Shown piece after piece: positions 30,652 through 40,864 of a DNA stretch of 64,000 bases (position 1 is the first letter of the stretch; each line of letters starts with the position of its first letter). Made by a program: the position numbers and the translations under genes. Source of the DNA: an uncultured Candidatus Rokubacteria bacterium (GTDB lineage: Bacteria; Methylomirabilota; Methylomirabilia; Rokubacteriales; CSP1-6); NCBI GenBank assembly GCA_963747235.1, contig CAVVEU010000033.1:128001-192000 (forward strand). Direction: 5' to 3'. Under the pieces are notes generated by a model. The model was not told where the DNA came from. It saw nothing but the letters and a program-made list of their open reading frames with translations, and searched no databases.

Positions 30652-32440
30652 ATGGACGAAGCGGCCCTTCGGGAGATGCTCGCGCAGGTGAAGCACGGCG
30701 GTCTCACGCGCCGGCGCTTCGTGCAGGCGCTCGCCGCGCGCCGGCCTCGGCGCCCCGGTGGCCGGCGGCCTCCTGGGCGCGGCGGGCGTGGCCACCGCGC
30801 AGCCGCGCGAGGCCGACTTCACACCCACCCGGCGCGGCGGCGGCGGCACCCTCCGCATGCTGATGTGGGACGCGCCCACCCTGCTGCACCCGCACTTCGG
30901 CCGCGGCCTCCGCGACTTCACGGTCCAGCGGATCTTCTACGAGCCGCTCGCCGCCCCCGCCGCCGACGGCACCTTCGTGCCGGTCCTGGCCGAGGAGCTG
31001 CCCAACCGCAAGGCGGGCACGCTGGCCAAGGACGGGCAATGGGTGACGTGGCGGCTCAAGCGCAACGTGCTCTGGCACGACGGCGCTCCGTTCACCGCCG
31101 ACGACGTGATCTTCAACTGGGAGTTCGCGATCGACCCCGCCACCGCCGCGGGCACCCGCGCGGCGTACGACGACATCACGCGGATCGAGAAGATCGACTC
31201 GCACACCGTGAAGCTCGTCTTCAAGAAGCCGCAGCCCTTCTGGGCCTCCGCGTTCACCGGCGGCGGGCTGCTCCCGCGCCACCTCTTCGAGCGGGCGAAG
31301 GGCGCGGGCGCCCGCGAGGCGATCGGCATGCTGCCCGCGGTCGGCACCGGGCCCTACCGGCTCGCCGAGTTCCGGCCGGGCGACTTCATCCGCGCGGAGA
31401 TCAACAAGCACTACCACGTGCCGAACCGGCCGTTCTTCGACCAGCTCGAGATCAAGTGCGGCGGCGACGCGGTGGGGGCGGCCCGCGCGGTGCTGCAGAC
31501 CGGCGAGTACGACTTCGCCTACTACGTGCTGGTGGAAGAAGAGGTCCTGCGGCGGATCGAGCAGGGCGGCAAGGGCCGCGTCCTCTCCATCCCGAGCAGC
31601 GGGGTGAGCTTCATCCAGTGCAACCAGACGGATCCCTGGCGCGAGGTGGACGGCGAGCGCTCGAGCCTCAAGGCCCCCCACCCGCAGCTCAGCGAGCAGC
31701 CGGTGCGCACCGCGCTGAGCCTGCTGGTGGACCGCGTGGCCATCCAGGAGCACCTGGTGGGGCGGATCGGCCAGATCACGGCCAACTTCCTGACCTCCCC
31801 GGAGCGCTTCCGCTCGAGGAGCAGCACCTGGGAGTTCAACGTCGAGAAGGCCAACGATCTCCTGGACCAGGCGGGTTACGCGCGCGGCCCCGACGGAGTC
31901 CGCGCCAAGGACGGCCGGCGCCTGCGCTTACTGTTCCAGGCCGCGGCCAACAGCACGGTGCAGAAGATCCAGATGGTGGTCAAGCAGACGGCCGCGCGCG
32001 CGGGCGTGGAGATGGAAGTGAAGGCGATTCCGGCCTCGGTGTTCTTCGCCGCCGACGTCAACAACGTCGACACCAACGTCCGCTTCCTCGCGGATCTCCA
32101 GACCTACACCGTGTTCACCGGCCTCGACCCCCAGCTCTTCATGGCCCAGTTCGTGTCCTGGGAGGTGCCCACCAAGGAGAACGGCTGGACCGGGCGGAAC
32201 ATCGCGCGGTGGCGGAACGCGGACTACGACCGGCTGTGGCGCAAGGCGGACGTGGAGATGGACCCGGTCAAGCGGGCCGCCCTGTTCATCAAGATGAACG
32301 ACCTCGTGGTGCAGAAGGCGGTCGTGATTCCGGTGACGTGGCGCAACGTGCTCCACGCCGCCGCCAACAACCTGGCCGGCGTGGAGCTCAACTCGTGGGA
32401 CTCCATCTTCGGCCGGATCGCGTACTGGTACCGGGCCTAG
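30652..32440 (+). CDS. Orphan ABC family-5 substrate-binding protein with extended Tat signal (frameshift near 30738)
   Basis: MDEAALREMLAQVKHGGLTRRRFVQAL joins ORF 30758-32440 (LKRNVLWHDG, VGTGPY). Confidence 0.88.
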
Positions 32441-32445
32441 GACCA

Positions 32446-32498
32446 CCCCTCACCCTCGACCCTCCTCACCCTGCCCTCTCCCCTGAGGGGAGAGGGGG
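32446..32498. repeat. REP-like palindrome between convergent genes
   Basis: CCTCACCCTGCCCTCTCCCC-TGA-GGGGAGAGGG, perfect 10-bp stem 32474-32496, preceded by a partial CCCTCACCCT duplicate. Confidence 0.65.
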
Positions 32499-32512
32499 TA
32501 GGGCCGAGGTCC

Positions 32513-33557
32513 TTACAGGTCCTTGACGTCGACGGTCTGGCCGGTGGTGGCGCTGCGGGTCACCGCGTCCGTGAACTCCATGTAGCGCACGCCGTCCTCG
32601 AAGGTGGTGCGCGCGATCTTCTCGCGGCCCCGGATCGCGTTGACGAACTCCTCCTCCACCCGCCAGCCGATGCGCGTCTTGGGCGGCACCGGGATCTCCC
32701 GCAGCGCCGACTCCCCCCGCCGGGCCCCGGTGAGCCGGAGCGCGTCGGCTTCCAGTTTCAACGTCCCCTCGCTCCCGTAGATCCACGCCTCGGAGGCGGG
32801 GGCCAGCGCGGTCACCGAGCTGAAGCGCAGGTGGGCCACCGCGCCGCGCCGGAGCTGGGCCAGGATGTCCACGTGGTCCGGGACCTTGATCTCGTGGGTC
32901 GCGCCCGCCGCGTCCTTCCGCTTCGGCACCGCGACCTTGGTCATCGAGGTCACCCGCTGCGCGGGGCCGAGCCAGCGCATCATCGCCTCGTACCAGATCC
33001 CCATGTTGAGGATGTTGTGGCCGCTGAGCGCCATGTCGTGCCGCCAGTGCAGCGGGGCGTCCGGCTCGACGAAGCGGCCCGACGAGGACTGCAGCTCGAC
33101 CGCGAGCACCTCGCCCAGGAAGCCCTCGGCGAGCAGCGCCTGGACGGTGGCGTCCAGCTCGAGGGTGTGGGGCGCGGGCACGAGCTGGGCGATCAGGCTC
33201 GGCGCCTTGCGCGAGGCCTCGAGCATGCGCCGGCCCTCGGTGGCGTTCATGGCCATGCGCGCCTCGCAGAGCACGTGCTTGCCCGCGCCGAGCACCGCGG
33301 TCGTCATCTCGCAGTGCATGTAGGGCCAGGTGCCGATGCACACCGCGTCGATGTCGGGCGCGTTGACGATCTCCTGCCAGCTCGCGTGCACCCGGCCGAT
33401 GCCGAACTCGCGCGCCACCTTCTCGCCCGACTCCTTCGACCGGTTCGCGACCGCGACCAGCTCGACGCCGGGCTGGGCCTTGAGCTTGGGGATGTGATGC
33501 TTGCGCGTGTTGGCGCCGGCGCCGATGAAGCCGACGCGGATCTTCGCAGTCGGTCAT
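32513..33557 (-). CDS. Gfo/Idh/MocA family oxidoreductase (frameshift near 33548)
   Basis: KIRVGFIGAGANTRKHH, DIDAVCIGTWPYMH, GKHVLCEARMA; ATG 33557 is out of frame by 1 nt. Confidence 0.88.
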
Positions 33558-34054
33558 GATTTCTCTCCCGCTTGTTGGAGGCAGGTGTCGAGCAGCTCGA
33601 GCGCGGCCCGGGTGAAGGCCCACATGTTGGCTTCGCGGTCGCTCCGCCCCGTCTCGAGGGTGCGGGCCGCTTCCACCGCGCCCGCGACCGCGAAGCACGA
33701 GTGGCCGGCCGCGTCGCCGTAGCGATTGCCGGTGGGACCCGCCGCGCCGGTCTCGGCGAGCGCCCACGTGGTGCCGAGCCGCTCGCGCATCGTCTTGGCG
33801 TTGATCCGGGCGGCCGCCTCGGTGCTGGAGCGGATGCCGCGCACCGCATCGTCGGGCAGCCGGAGCAGATCGCGGCGCGCGGTCTGGGTGTAGATCACGC
33901 CGCCGCCCACGAAGTACGCGGAGGCGCCCGGGATCGACAGCAGCGCGGCCGAGATCAGGCCGCCCGTCGAGGACTCGGAGATCGCGATCGTCTCCTTGCG
34001 CGCGATGAGGCGCGCGGCGACGGAGGCGGCGAGGGCGGAGAGCAGCTCGGGCAC
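33554..34054 (-). CDS. CinA C-terminal / PncC-like protein
   Basis: ISESSTGGLI, PGASAYFVGGGVIYT, AETGAAGP; GTG start at 34054. Confidence 0.85.
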   Translation of the reverse strand: MPELLSALAASVAARLIARKETIAISESSTGGLISAALLSIPGASAYFVGGGVIYTQTARRDLLRLPDDAVRGIRSSTEAAARINAKTMRERLGTTWALAETGAAGPTGNRYGDAAGHSCFAVAGAVEAARTLETGRSDREANMWAFTRAALELLDTCLQQAGEKS

Positions 34055-34123
34055 GGGGTAGTGGTACCCCGGCCGGGGCCGGAGCGCAACCGGGTTTTCT
34101 CCGTGATAGACTCGGCCGCGCCG

Positions 34124-35014
34124 ATGACGACGATGACTCCGCTGTCCGTCTACCTCCCCTTCAACATGGACTGCCTCCGCGGCGAGTTCGCGCCCGCCAA
34201 GCGCGGGGGCGGCGGGCCGCCCGCCGGCGCCGGCCGCTGGCTGATCGTCCAGGACCAGAAGCTCCTGGTGGTACCCGAGGGCGACGGCTTCCGGCTGCCC
34301 GCCGGCGCCACGCCGGAGGCGCCGCCGCGCGGCGTCGACGGCCTGGGCCCGCGCCACTGGCTCGGCACGTGGGCGGGCGAGCCCTGCTGGGTCGCCGCGC
34401 TCCCGAAGGGCGCGCCGGTGCCGGAGGGGCTCCAGCCGGAAACGCTCGTGCCCATGCAGGGCACGCGGCTGCCGGACGATCTGCTGACGGTGGGCGGCAT
34501 GGCGATGCAGCTCCTCTACTGGGAGTCCACGAGCGGCCACTGCCCGCGCTGCGGCGCGCCCACCGGCCGCGTCGAGGGCGAGTGGGGCAAGCGCTGCGGG
34601 GCCTGCGGCTACGAGCACTACCCGCATCTCCATCCCGCGGTCATCGTGCTGGTGCGCGACGGCGACCGCGTGCTGCTCGCGCGCAAGGCGATCTGGGCGC
34701 CGGGCCGCTACGCGCTGGTCGCGGGCTTCGTGGACAACGGCGAGTCGCTCGAGGGCTGCGTGGCGCGCGAGGTGAAGGAAGAGGTCGGGGTGGACGTCAA
34801 GGACATCCAGTACGTGGGCAGCCAGAACTGGCCCTTCCCGAGCCAGATCATGATCGGCTTCATCGCGAGCTACGCGGGCGGCGAGATCACCATCGACCGC
34901 GAGGAGCTCGAGGACGCGCGGTGGTTTCCGCGCACCGAGATGCCGGTGGGCCCGGCCCGTCATTCCATCGCGGGCTGGATCATCCGGAACTTCTCGGGCA
35001 ATGTCGGAACGTAA
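34124..35014 (+). CDS. nudC: NAD(H) diphosphatase NudC
   Basis: Zn ribbon CPRCG..CGACG, Nudix box AGFVDNGESLEGCVAREVKEEVG, SQNWPFPS signature. Confidence 0.92.
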   Translation: MTTMTPLSVYLPFNMDCLRGEFAPAKRGGGGPPAGAGRWLIVQDQKLLVVPEGDGFRLPAGATPEAPPRGVDGLGPRHWLGTWAGEPCWVAALPKGAPVPEGLQPETLVPMQGTRLPDDLLTVGGMAMQLLYWESTSGHCPRCGAPTGRVEGEWGKRCGACGYEHYPHLHPAVIVLVRDGDRVLLARKAIWAPGRYALVAGFVDNGESLEGCVAREVKEEVGVDVKDIQYVGSQNWPFPSQIMIGFIASYAGGEITIDREELEDARWFPRTEMPVGPARHSIAGWIIRNFSGNVGT

Positions 35015-35042
35015 GACCTGACCCAGCCGAATCGAGGACCCC

Positions 35043-36386
35043 ATGACAGACGAGCAGAGCATCGAGACCGAGGCGACCGAGCTGCTGCGCACCATGATCC
35101 GCAACGCGTGCGTCAACGACGGCACCGCGGCCTCCGGCCAGGAGACGCGGAGCTGCGCGGCGCTCGAGGACTACTTCGCGGGCGCGGGGGTGGCGTGCGA
35201 GCGCTACACCTCCGAGCCGGGGCGCGAGAGCCTCATCGCGCGCATCGAGGGCTCGGACCCCAAGGCGCCGCGCCTGCTCCTGATGGGCCACACCGACGTG
35301 GTGCCGGTGAGCCCGGACGGCTGGCAGCGCGATCCCTTCGGCGGCGAGCTGGTGGACGGCGTGGTCTGGGGCCGCGGCGCGATCGACATGCTGAACCTCA
35401 CCAGCACGATGGCGGTGGCCACGCGGCGCCTGGCCAAGAGCGGCTTCCGCCCGCGCGGCACCCTGATCTACCTGGCGGTGGCGGACGAGGAGGCGGGCGG
35501 CAATCTCGGCGCGGGCCATCTGGTCGAGCGGCGGCCCGACGCGGTGAAGGCGGACTACGTCATCACCGAGAGCGGCGGCGTGCCGATCCCGACCAGCAAG
35601 GGCCACGTGCTGGGCGTCACGGTGGGCGAGAAGGGGGCCAACTGGCGGCGGCTCACGGTGGCGGGCACGCCCGGCCACGGCTCGCGCCCGTTCCGCACCG
35701 ACAACGCCCTGGTGACCGCCGCGGAAGTCGTGCGGCGCATCGCGGCCTATCAGCCGAAGGCGCGCATCCTCGACGTGTGGCGCGAGTACGTGAAGGCCAT
35801 GGATCTGGGGCCCGAGCTGACCGCCGGGCTCACCGATCCCGCCCGCGTGCTGGAGACGGTGCGCGGGATGGACAACCTGGCGCTGGCGCGCGAGGCCCAC
35901 GCCTGCACGCACACCACCTTCTCGCCGAACGTCATGCACGGCGGCGTGAAGACCAACGTCATCCCCGACCGCGTGGAGATCGACGTGGACATCCGCGCGC
36001 TGCCCGGGGTGACGAGCGAAGAAGTGGACGTGATGCTGCGGGAGGCGATCGGCGATCTGGCCCCGCGGGTGACGGTCCGCACCGGACGCGGCCAGGAGGG
36101 CTCGCTCAGCACCCACGACACCCCGCTGGTGGCCGCGATGGAGCGCGTGACGTCCCGCCTGATGCCGGGCAGCCGCGTGGTGCCCAAGATGACCACCGGC
36201 GGCACCGACGCCAAGTTCTTCCGCTGGCAGGGCGTGCCCGCCTACGGCTTCGGCCTGCAGTCGCTCCGCATCCCCTACACCGACTACCCGCTCATGTTCC
36301 ACGGCCACAACGAGCGGGTGGACACCGAGAGCCTCAAGCTCTCCGCGATGATGTGGGAGACGCTGGCGCGCGAGTTCCTCGGCTAA
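35043..36386 (+). CDS. M20/M25/M40 metallopeptidase/deacylase
   Basis: GHTDVVP, WGRGAIDM, ADEEAGG, GGTDAKFF, HGHNERV. Confidence 0.92.
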   Translation: MTDEQSIETEATELLRTMIRNACVNDGTAASGQETRSCAALEDYFAGAGVACERYTSEPGRESLIARIEGSDPKAPRLLLMGHTDVVPVSPDGWQRDPFGGELVDGVVWGRGAIDMLNLTSTMAVATRRLAKSGFRPRGTLIYLAVADEEAGGNLGAGHLVERRPDAVKADYVITESGGVPIPTSKGHVLGVTVGEKGANWRRLTVAGTPGHGSRPFRTDNALVTAAEVVRRIAAYQPKARILDVWREYVKAMDLGPELTAGLTDPARVLETVRGMDNLALAREAHACTHTTFSPNVMHGGVKTNVIPDRVEIDVDIRALPGVTSEEVDVMLREAIGDLAPRVTVRTGRGQEGSLSTHDTPLVAAMERVTSRLMPGSRVVPKMTTGGTDAKFFRWQGVPAYGFGLQSLRIPYTDYPLMFHGHNERVDTESLKLSAMMWETLAREFLG

Positions 36387-36390
36387 GAAC

Positions 36391-36457
36391 TCGGAGGGGG
36401 GCTATGCCCCCCTTCCGAGCCTCCCCCCAGGAGGCGCGGGCAAAGCCCGCGCTCGAA
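36391..36457 (+). repeat. Dispersed palindromic repeat (MITE/REPIN-like), copy 1
   Basis: TCGGAGGGGGGCTATGCCCCCCTTCCGAGCCTCCCCCCAG..GCGCGGGCAAAGCCCGCGCTCGAA; near-identical to 40783-40855; flanked by a 17-bp direct repeat at 36366-36382 and 36497-36513. Confidence 0.8.
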
Positions 36458-36520
36458 CGTGGACCAGCAACCGACGCGTCGCCGGCACAAGCCCGAGCGC
36501 GCGAGTTCCTCGGTAAGGCG

Positions 36521-37873
36521 CTAGCCGGCCGCCGCGACGTCGCGCTGGAGCGAGTCGACGCAGTCGGCGACGACGGCCACCAGCTCGTCCACCTCGGCCG
36601 CGGTGATGCAGAGCGGCGGCGCCAGGCGCAGCACGGTCCCGCGGGCGTAGATGATGGCGCCGCGGTCCCAGGCCTTGCGGTCGAGCTCGGCGACCAGCTT
36701 CTGATCGAGCGGCTTGCCCGAGCCGTCGGGCTGCACGAAGTCCACGCAGACCAGGAGGCCGCGCCCGCGGACCTCGCCCACGATCGGGTGCTTGCCCACC
36801 GCGCTCCGCAGCCCCTCGAGCAGCCGCGTGCCCATCGTCTCCGCGTTCGCCACCAGCTTGTCCTGCTCCATGATGCGCAGGTTGGCGAGCGCGGCCGCGC
36901 AGGCCACCGGATGGGCCGCGTAGGTATTGGGGTGCACGTTCTCCTGGGTGGTGGTGTCGGAGAAGGCGTCCGCGAGCCGGCCGCGCGCGATGCTGGCCGA
37001 GAGCGGGATGTAGCCCGAGGTGATGCCCTTGGCCACCGACATGAGGTCGGGCACGACCTGGTCGTGCTCGACCGCGAACCACCGGCCGGTGCGGCCGAAG
37101 CCGGTGATGACCTCGTCGGCGATCATCAGCACGTCCAGCTCGTCGCAGAGCGCGCGCACCGCGCGGAGCCAGCCGATGGGCGGCATGATGAAGCCGCCCG
37201 AGGAGAGCACCGGCTCCAGGATCACCGCCGACACCGTGTCCGGCCCCTCGCGCACGATGGCCTCCCGCATCTCGGCGATCCGGCGCGCGATCAGCTCCGC
37301 CTCGGTCCCGCCCGCGAGATCGCGGAAGGGATGCGGCGGCGCCACCTTGGCGAAGCCGGGCACCTCGAGCGGCGCGTAGGCCTGCGAGAGATTGGGCAGG
37401 CCGCAGACCGCGAAGGTCCCCATGGTGGCGCCGTGGTAGCCACCCTTGAGCGAGATGACCTTGTGCTTGCCGGGCTTGCCGGTGGCGAGCCAGTACTGCC
37501 GCGCGATCTGCATCGAGCGCTCGTTGGCCTCGGAGCCGCTCACCGCGAACATCGTGTAGCGCAGGTCGCCGGGCGTGAGCGACGCGAGCTTCGCGGCCAG
37601 CTCCGCCGCGGGGCGATTGGAGAACTGCCGCGTGGTCGGGTAGTAGGCCAGCCGCACCGTCTGCTCCGCGATCGCCTCCGCGATCTCCCGGCGGCCGTGG
37701 CCCACGTTGACCACCGCGAGCCCGGCGAAGCCGTCGAGGAGCTTCTTGCCCTGCTCGGTCCACACCCAGACGCCTTCCGCGTGATCGATCACCAGCTCCT
37801 CGTCGGACAGGAACGGATGGTCCTGCGTCTTGTGCGTCCACAGGTGATTGATCATCTTCGCGTCGGTCGTCAT
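36521..37873 (-). CDS. Class III PLP-dependent aminotransferase
   Basis: SGSEANE, GYHG, IADEVITGFGRTG, VAKGITSGYIP; start MTTDAK with GGGAGA RBS. Confidence 0.93.
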   Translation of the reverse strand: MTTDAKMINHLWTHKTQDHPFLSDEELVIDHAEGVWVWTEQGKKLLDGFAGLAVVNVGHGRREIAEAIAEQTVRLAYYPTTRQFSNRPAAELAAKLASLTPGDLRYTMFAVSGSEANERSMQIARQYWLATGKPGKHKVISLKGGYHGATMGTFAVCGLPNLSQAYAPLEVPGFAKVAPPHPFRDLAGGTEAELIARRIAEMREAIVREGPDTVSAVILEPVLSSGGFIMPPIGWLRAVRALCDELDVLMIADEVITGFGRTGRWFAVEHDQVVPDLMSVAKGITSGYIPLSASIARGRLADAFSDTTTQENVHPNTYAAHPVACAAALANLRIMEQDKLVANAETMGTRLLEGLRSAVGKHPIVGEVRGRGLLVCVDFVQPDGSGKPLDQKLVAELDRKAWDRGAIIYARGTVLRLAPPLCITAAEVDELVAVVADCVDSLQRDVAAAG

Positions 37874-37971
37874 GTCGGCGAGTCTCCCGGCTGAGGTTGA
37901 GCGGCTGGCGACGGTGAGCGGATCGTAGCAGAGCGCCCGGGGCCCTGTCCCCGTCGGGGTGCTCATTTTCA

Positions 37972-38052
37972 GTCGCAGACTGACAGTTTGCGACCGCCAA
38001 GGCTCAGGATCACCCAATATTTCAAGCAGTTGCCCGTGGCGTGGTCCTTGCT
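37972..38052 (+). promoter_or_regulatory. Sigma54 (-24/-12) promoter with IHF-like site and upstream palindrome
   Basis: TGGCGT-N5-TTGCT at 38037-38052; TTTCAAGCAGTTG at 38020-38032; GTCGCAGACTG-A-CAGTTTGCGAC at 37972-37994. Confidence 0.6.
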
Positions 38053-38098
38053 GCCCTACAGGCGGATGCCACCGATGAGCCCCCACGGCCGCGCGGAC

Positions 38099-40778
38099 AT
38101 GGAGGACGAGACGGCGCTCCACGCCCGCCTGCGCGAGCTCGAGCAGGAGAACGCGCGCCTGCTCGAGGAGCAGTGGACGCGCCTGCAGGAGACCCGGGCC
38201 CTCACCGGCATCGGCCGCCTGCTGTCCGAGCGGCTCGACCCCGACGTGGTCGGCGAGCGCATCGCCGAGAGCCTCCGCTCCCTGCTCGGCGGCGGCTCCG
38301 CGGTCGTCTACCGGCTCGACGACGACTCCGCGAACCTGCTCGCGATGGCGGTGGCGCACGGGCCCGCGGCGCCGACCGCGGGCTGGCGCGCGGTGCGCGA
38401 GATCGGATCGGGCGCGGTCGGTCTCGCCATGCGCGAGCGCCGCACCATCACGAGCCCGGACATCCTCGTCGACGCGCGGATGGACATTCCCCCGGCGCTG
38501 CGCGCGCACATGGACGCGGGCCCCGACCGCGCCATCCTCGCGGTGCCGCTGCTCACGCAGGACCGGCTCATCGGCGTGCTCGCGGTGCGGACCGCGACCG
38601 GGACCGTCTTCGACGCGCGCGCGGTGCAGCTCGCGGAGGCCCTGGCCGACCAGGCCGCGATCACCCTCGAGCACGCGCGGCTCTTCGCGGAGGAGGAGCG
38701 GCGCCGGCGCGAGGCGGAGGTGCTGGCCGACCTGGCCCGCACGATCGGCGCCGCGCCCGAGCTCGCCACCGTGCTCCGCCGGGTCACCGAGGCCGCGCAG
38801 GAGCTCTGCCGCAGCGACGGCGCGGTGATCGGCCTGCGCATCCCCGAGTCCGACGCGGTGCTGCTGCGCTACTGGACGGCCCCGTGGTACACCGACCTCG
38901 CCCGCGTCCGGGTCGAGCCCGGCAAGGGGCTCGGCGGCCTCGCGCTCGACGAGGGCCGGCCGGCGCGGACGGATCACTACCTCCACGATCCCCGGATCAG
39001 CCGCGACTACGCGGGGCAGATCGGCGCGCTCGGGATCACCGCCAAGATGGTGGTGCCGATCCTGATCGACGACCGGGTCGAGGGCCTGCTCTACGTGGAC
39101 AACCGCTCGGCCCGCGCGTTCACCGACCAGAACGAGTCGGTCCTGGTGCGGCTGGCCGCGCACGCCGCCATCGCGATCCGCAACGCCCAGATCCTCGAGG
39201 CCGAGCAGATCGCCCGCGGCACCGCGGAGCGGCTGGTCCGCGCGCTGCGGGAGAGCCAGGACCGCTTCCAGTTCGTGGCCCGCGCCACCAACGACGCGGT
39301 GTGGGACTGGGATCTGGTGAGCCACGCGCTGTGGTGGAACGAGGGCGTCAACACGCTCTTCGGCTACACGCCGGAGCAGGTCGGCCCGGACGTCACGTGG
39401 TGGCACGAGACGATCCACCCGGACGATCGGCGACCGCGTGAAGCGCGACATCGACGCGGCGGTGGAGCGCGGCGCCGAGAGCTGGAGCGCGGAGTATCGG
39501 TTTCGTCGCGCCGACGGGACGTACGCCAACGTCTACGACCGGGGCTACGTGCTGCACGACGCGGACGGCCGGCCCACCCGCATGATCGGCGCGATGATGG
39601 ACATCACCCAGCGCTTCGAGCTCGAGGAAGAGCTCCGGCAGGCCCAGAAGATGGAGGCGGTGGGCCGCCTCGCGGGCGGCGTCGCGCACGACTTCAACAA
39701 CCTGCTCACGATCATCACCGGCCGCGCCCACCTGGTCCTCGGCAAGCTCAAGGCCGACGACCCGGTGCGCCGCAGCATCGAGGTGATCCAGAAGACGGCC
39801 GACCGCGCCGCCGCCCTCACGCGCCAGCTCCTGGCCTTCAGCCGCAAGCAGGTGCTCCAGCGGAAGGTCCTCGATCTCAACGCCATGGTCGCGGATGTGA
39901 GCACGATGCTCCGGCGGCTCATCGGCGAGGACGTGGACCTGCTGCTGACGCTGGGGCCGAGCGCCGGGCGGGTGAACGCCGATCCGGCCCAGCTCGAGCA
40001 GGCGCTGATGAACCTGGCCGTGAACGCGCGCGACGCGATGCCGCAGGGCGGCACGCTCGGCCTCGAGACCGACCACGTGCGACTCGGGGCGGTCCCGCCC
40101 GATCGGCCGGACGCGCTCCCGCCCGGTCCGTACGCGGTGCTCCGCGTGATGGACACCGGCACCGGCATGGACGCGGCGACCCAGGCCCGTATCTTCGAAC
40201 CGTTCTTCACGACCAAGGAGCCGGGCAAGGGCACCGGGCTCGGGCTCTCGATGGTGCACGGGATCGTGCGCCAGCACGGCGGCGCGATCCATGTGCGCAG
40301 CGTGGTGGGCGGCGGCACGACCTTCGAGATCTACCTGCCCCAGGTCGAGACCGCGGCCGACACCGGCGCCGCCGACGAGGCCGCGGCGCCCCTGCCGGCC
40401 ACCGGTCAGGAAACCATCCTGCTGGTGGAGGACGAAGGCGACGTGCGCGCGCTCGCCCGCGAGGTGCTGGAGCGCCAGGGCTACACGGTGCTGGAGGCGA
40501 GCGACGGCGCCCAGGCGGTTCAGGTCTACGAGAAGGAAGGCAAGCGAATCGACCTGATCCTCACCGACGTGGTGATGCCGCGCATGAGCGGGCGCGAGAT
40601 GGTGGATCGCGTGCGGGCGACCCGGCCCGACATGCGCGTGCTGTACATGTCGGGCTACACCGGCGACGCCATCGTTCGCCACGGCGTGCTCGACGCGAGC
40701 CTGTTCCTGCTCGGCAAGCCGTTCACGCCCGTCGCCCTGATCGCCAAGGTCCGCGAAGTCCTCGACCGCCCCCGCTAA
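38099..40778 (+). CDS. Hybrid sensor histidine kinase GAF-GAF-PAS-HisKA-HATPase-REC (frameshift near 39429; alternative start 38075)
   Basis: Two GAF-like repeats, PAS (VWDWDL..IHPDD), AHDFNNLL, NARDAM, GTGLGL, LLVEDE..TDVVMP receiver. Confidence 0.9.
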
Positions 40779-40782
40779 ATCC

Positions 40783-40855
40783 TCGGAGGGGGGCTACGCC
40801 CCCGTTCCGGGCCTCCCCCCAGAAACAGGCTGCGCGGGCAAAGCCCGCGCTCGAA
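40783..40855 (+). repeat. Dispersed palindromic repeat (MITE/REPIN-like), copy 2
   Basis: TCGGAGGGGGGCTACGCCCCCGTTCCGGGCCTCCCCCCAG..GCGCGGGCAAAGCCCGCGCTCGAA, just after a TAA stop between convergent genes. Confidence 0.8.
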
Positions 40856-40864
40856 GCGGTCGGC

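Noticed and set aside
36366-36513. Direct repeats as a mini CRISPR array
   Set aside because: Only two 17-bp copies about 115 bp apart, one inside a CDS; no cas genes
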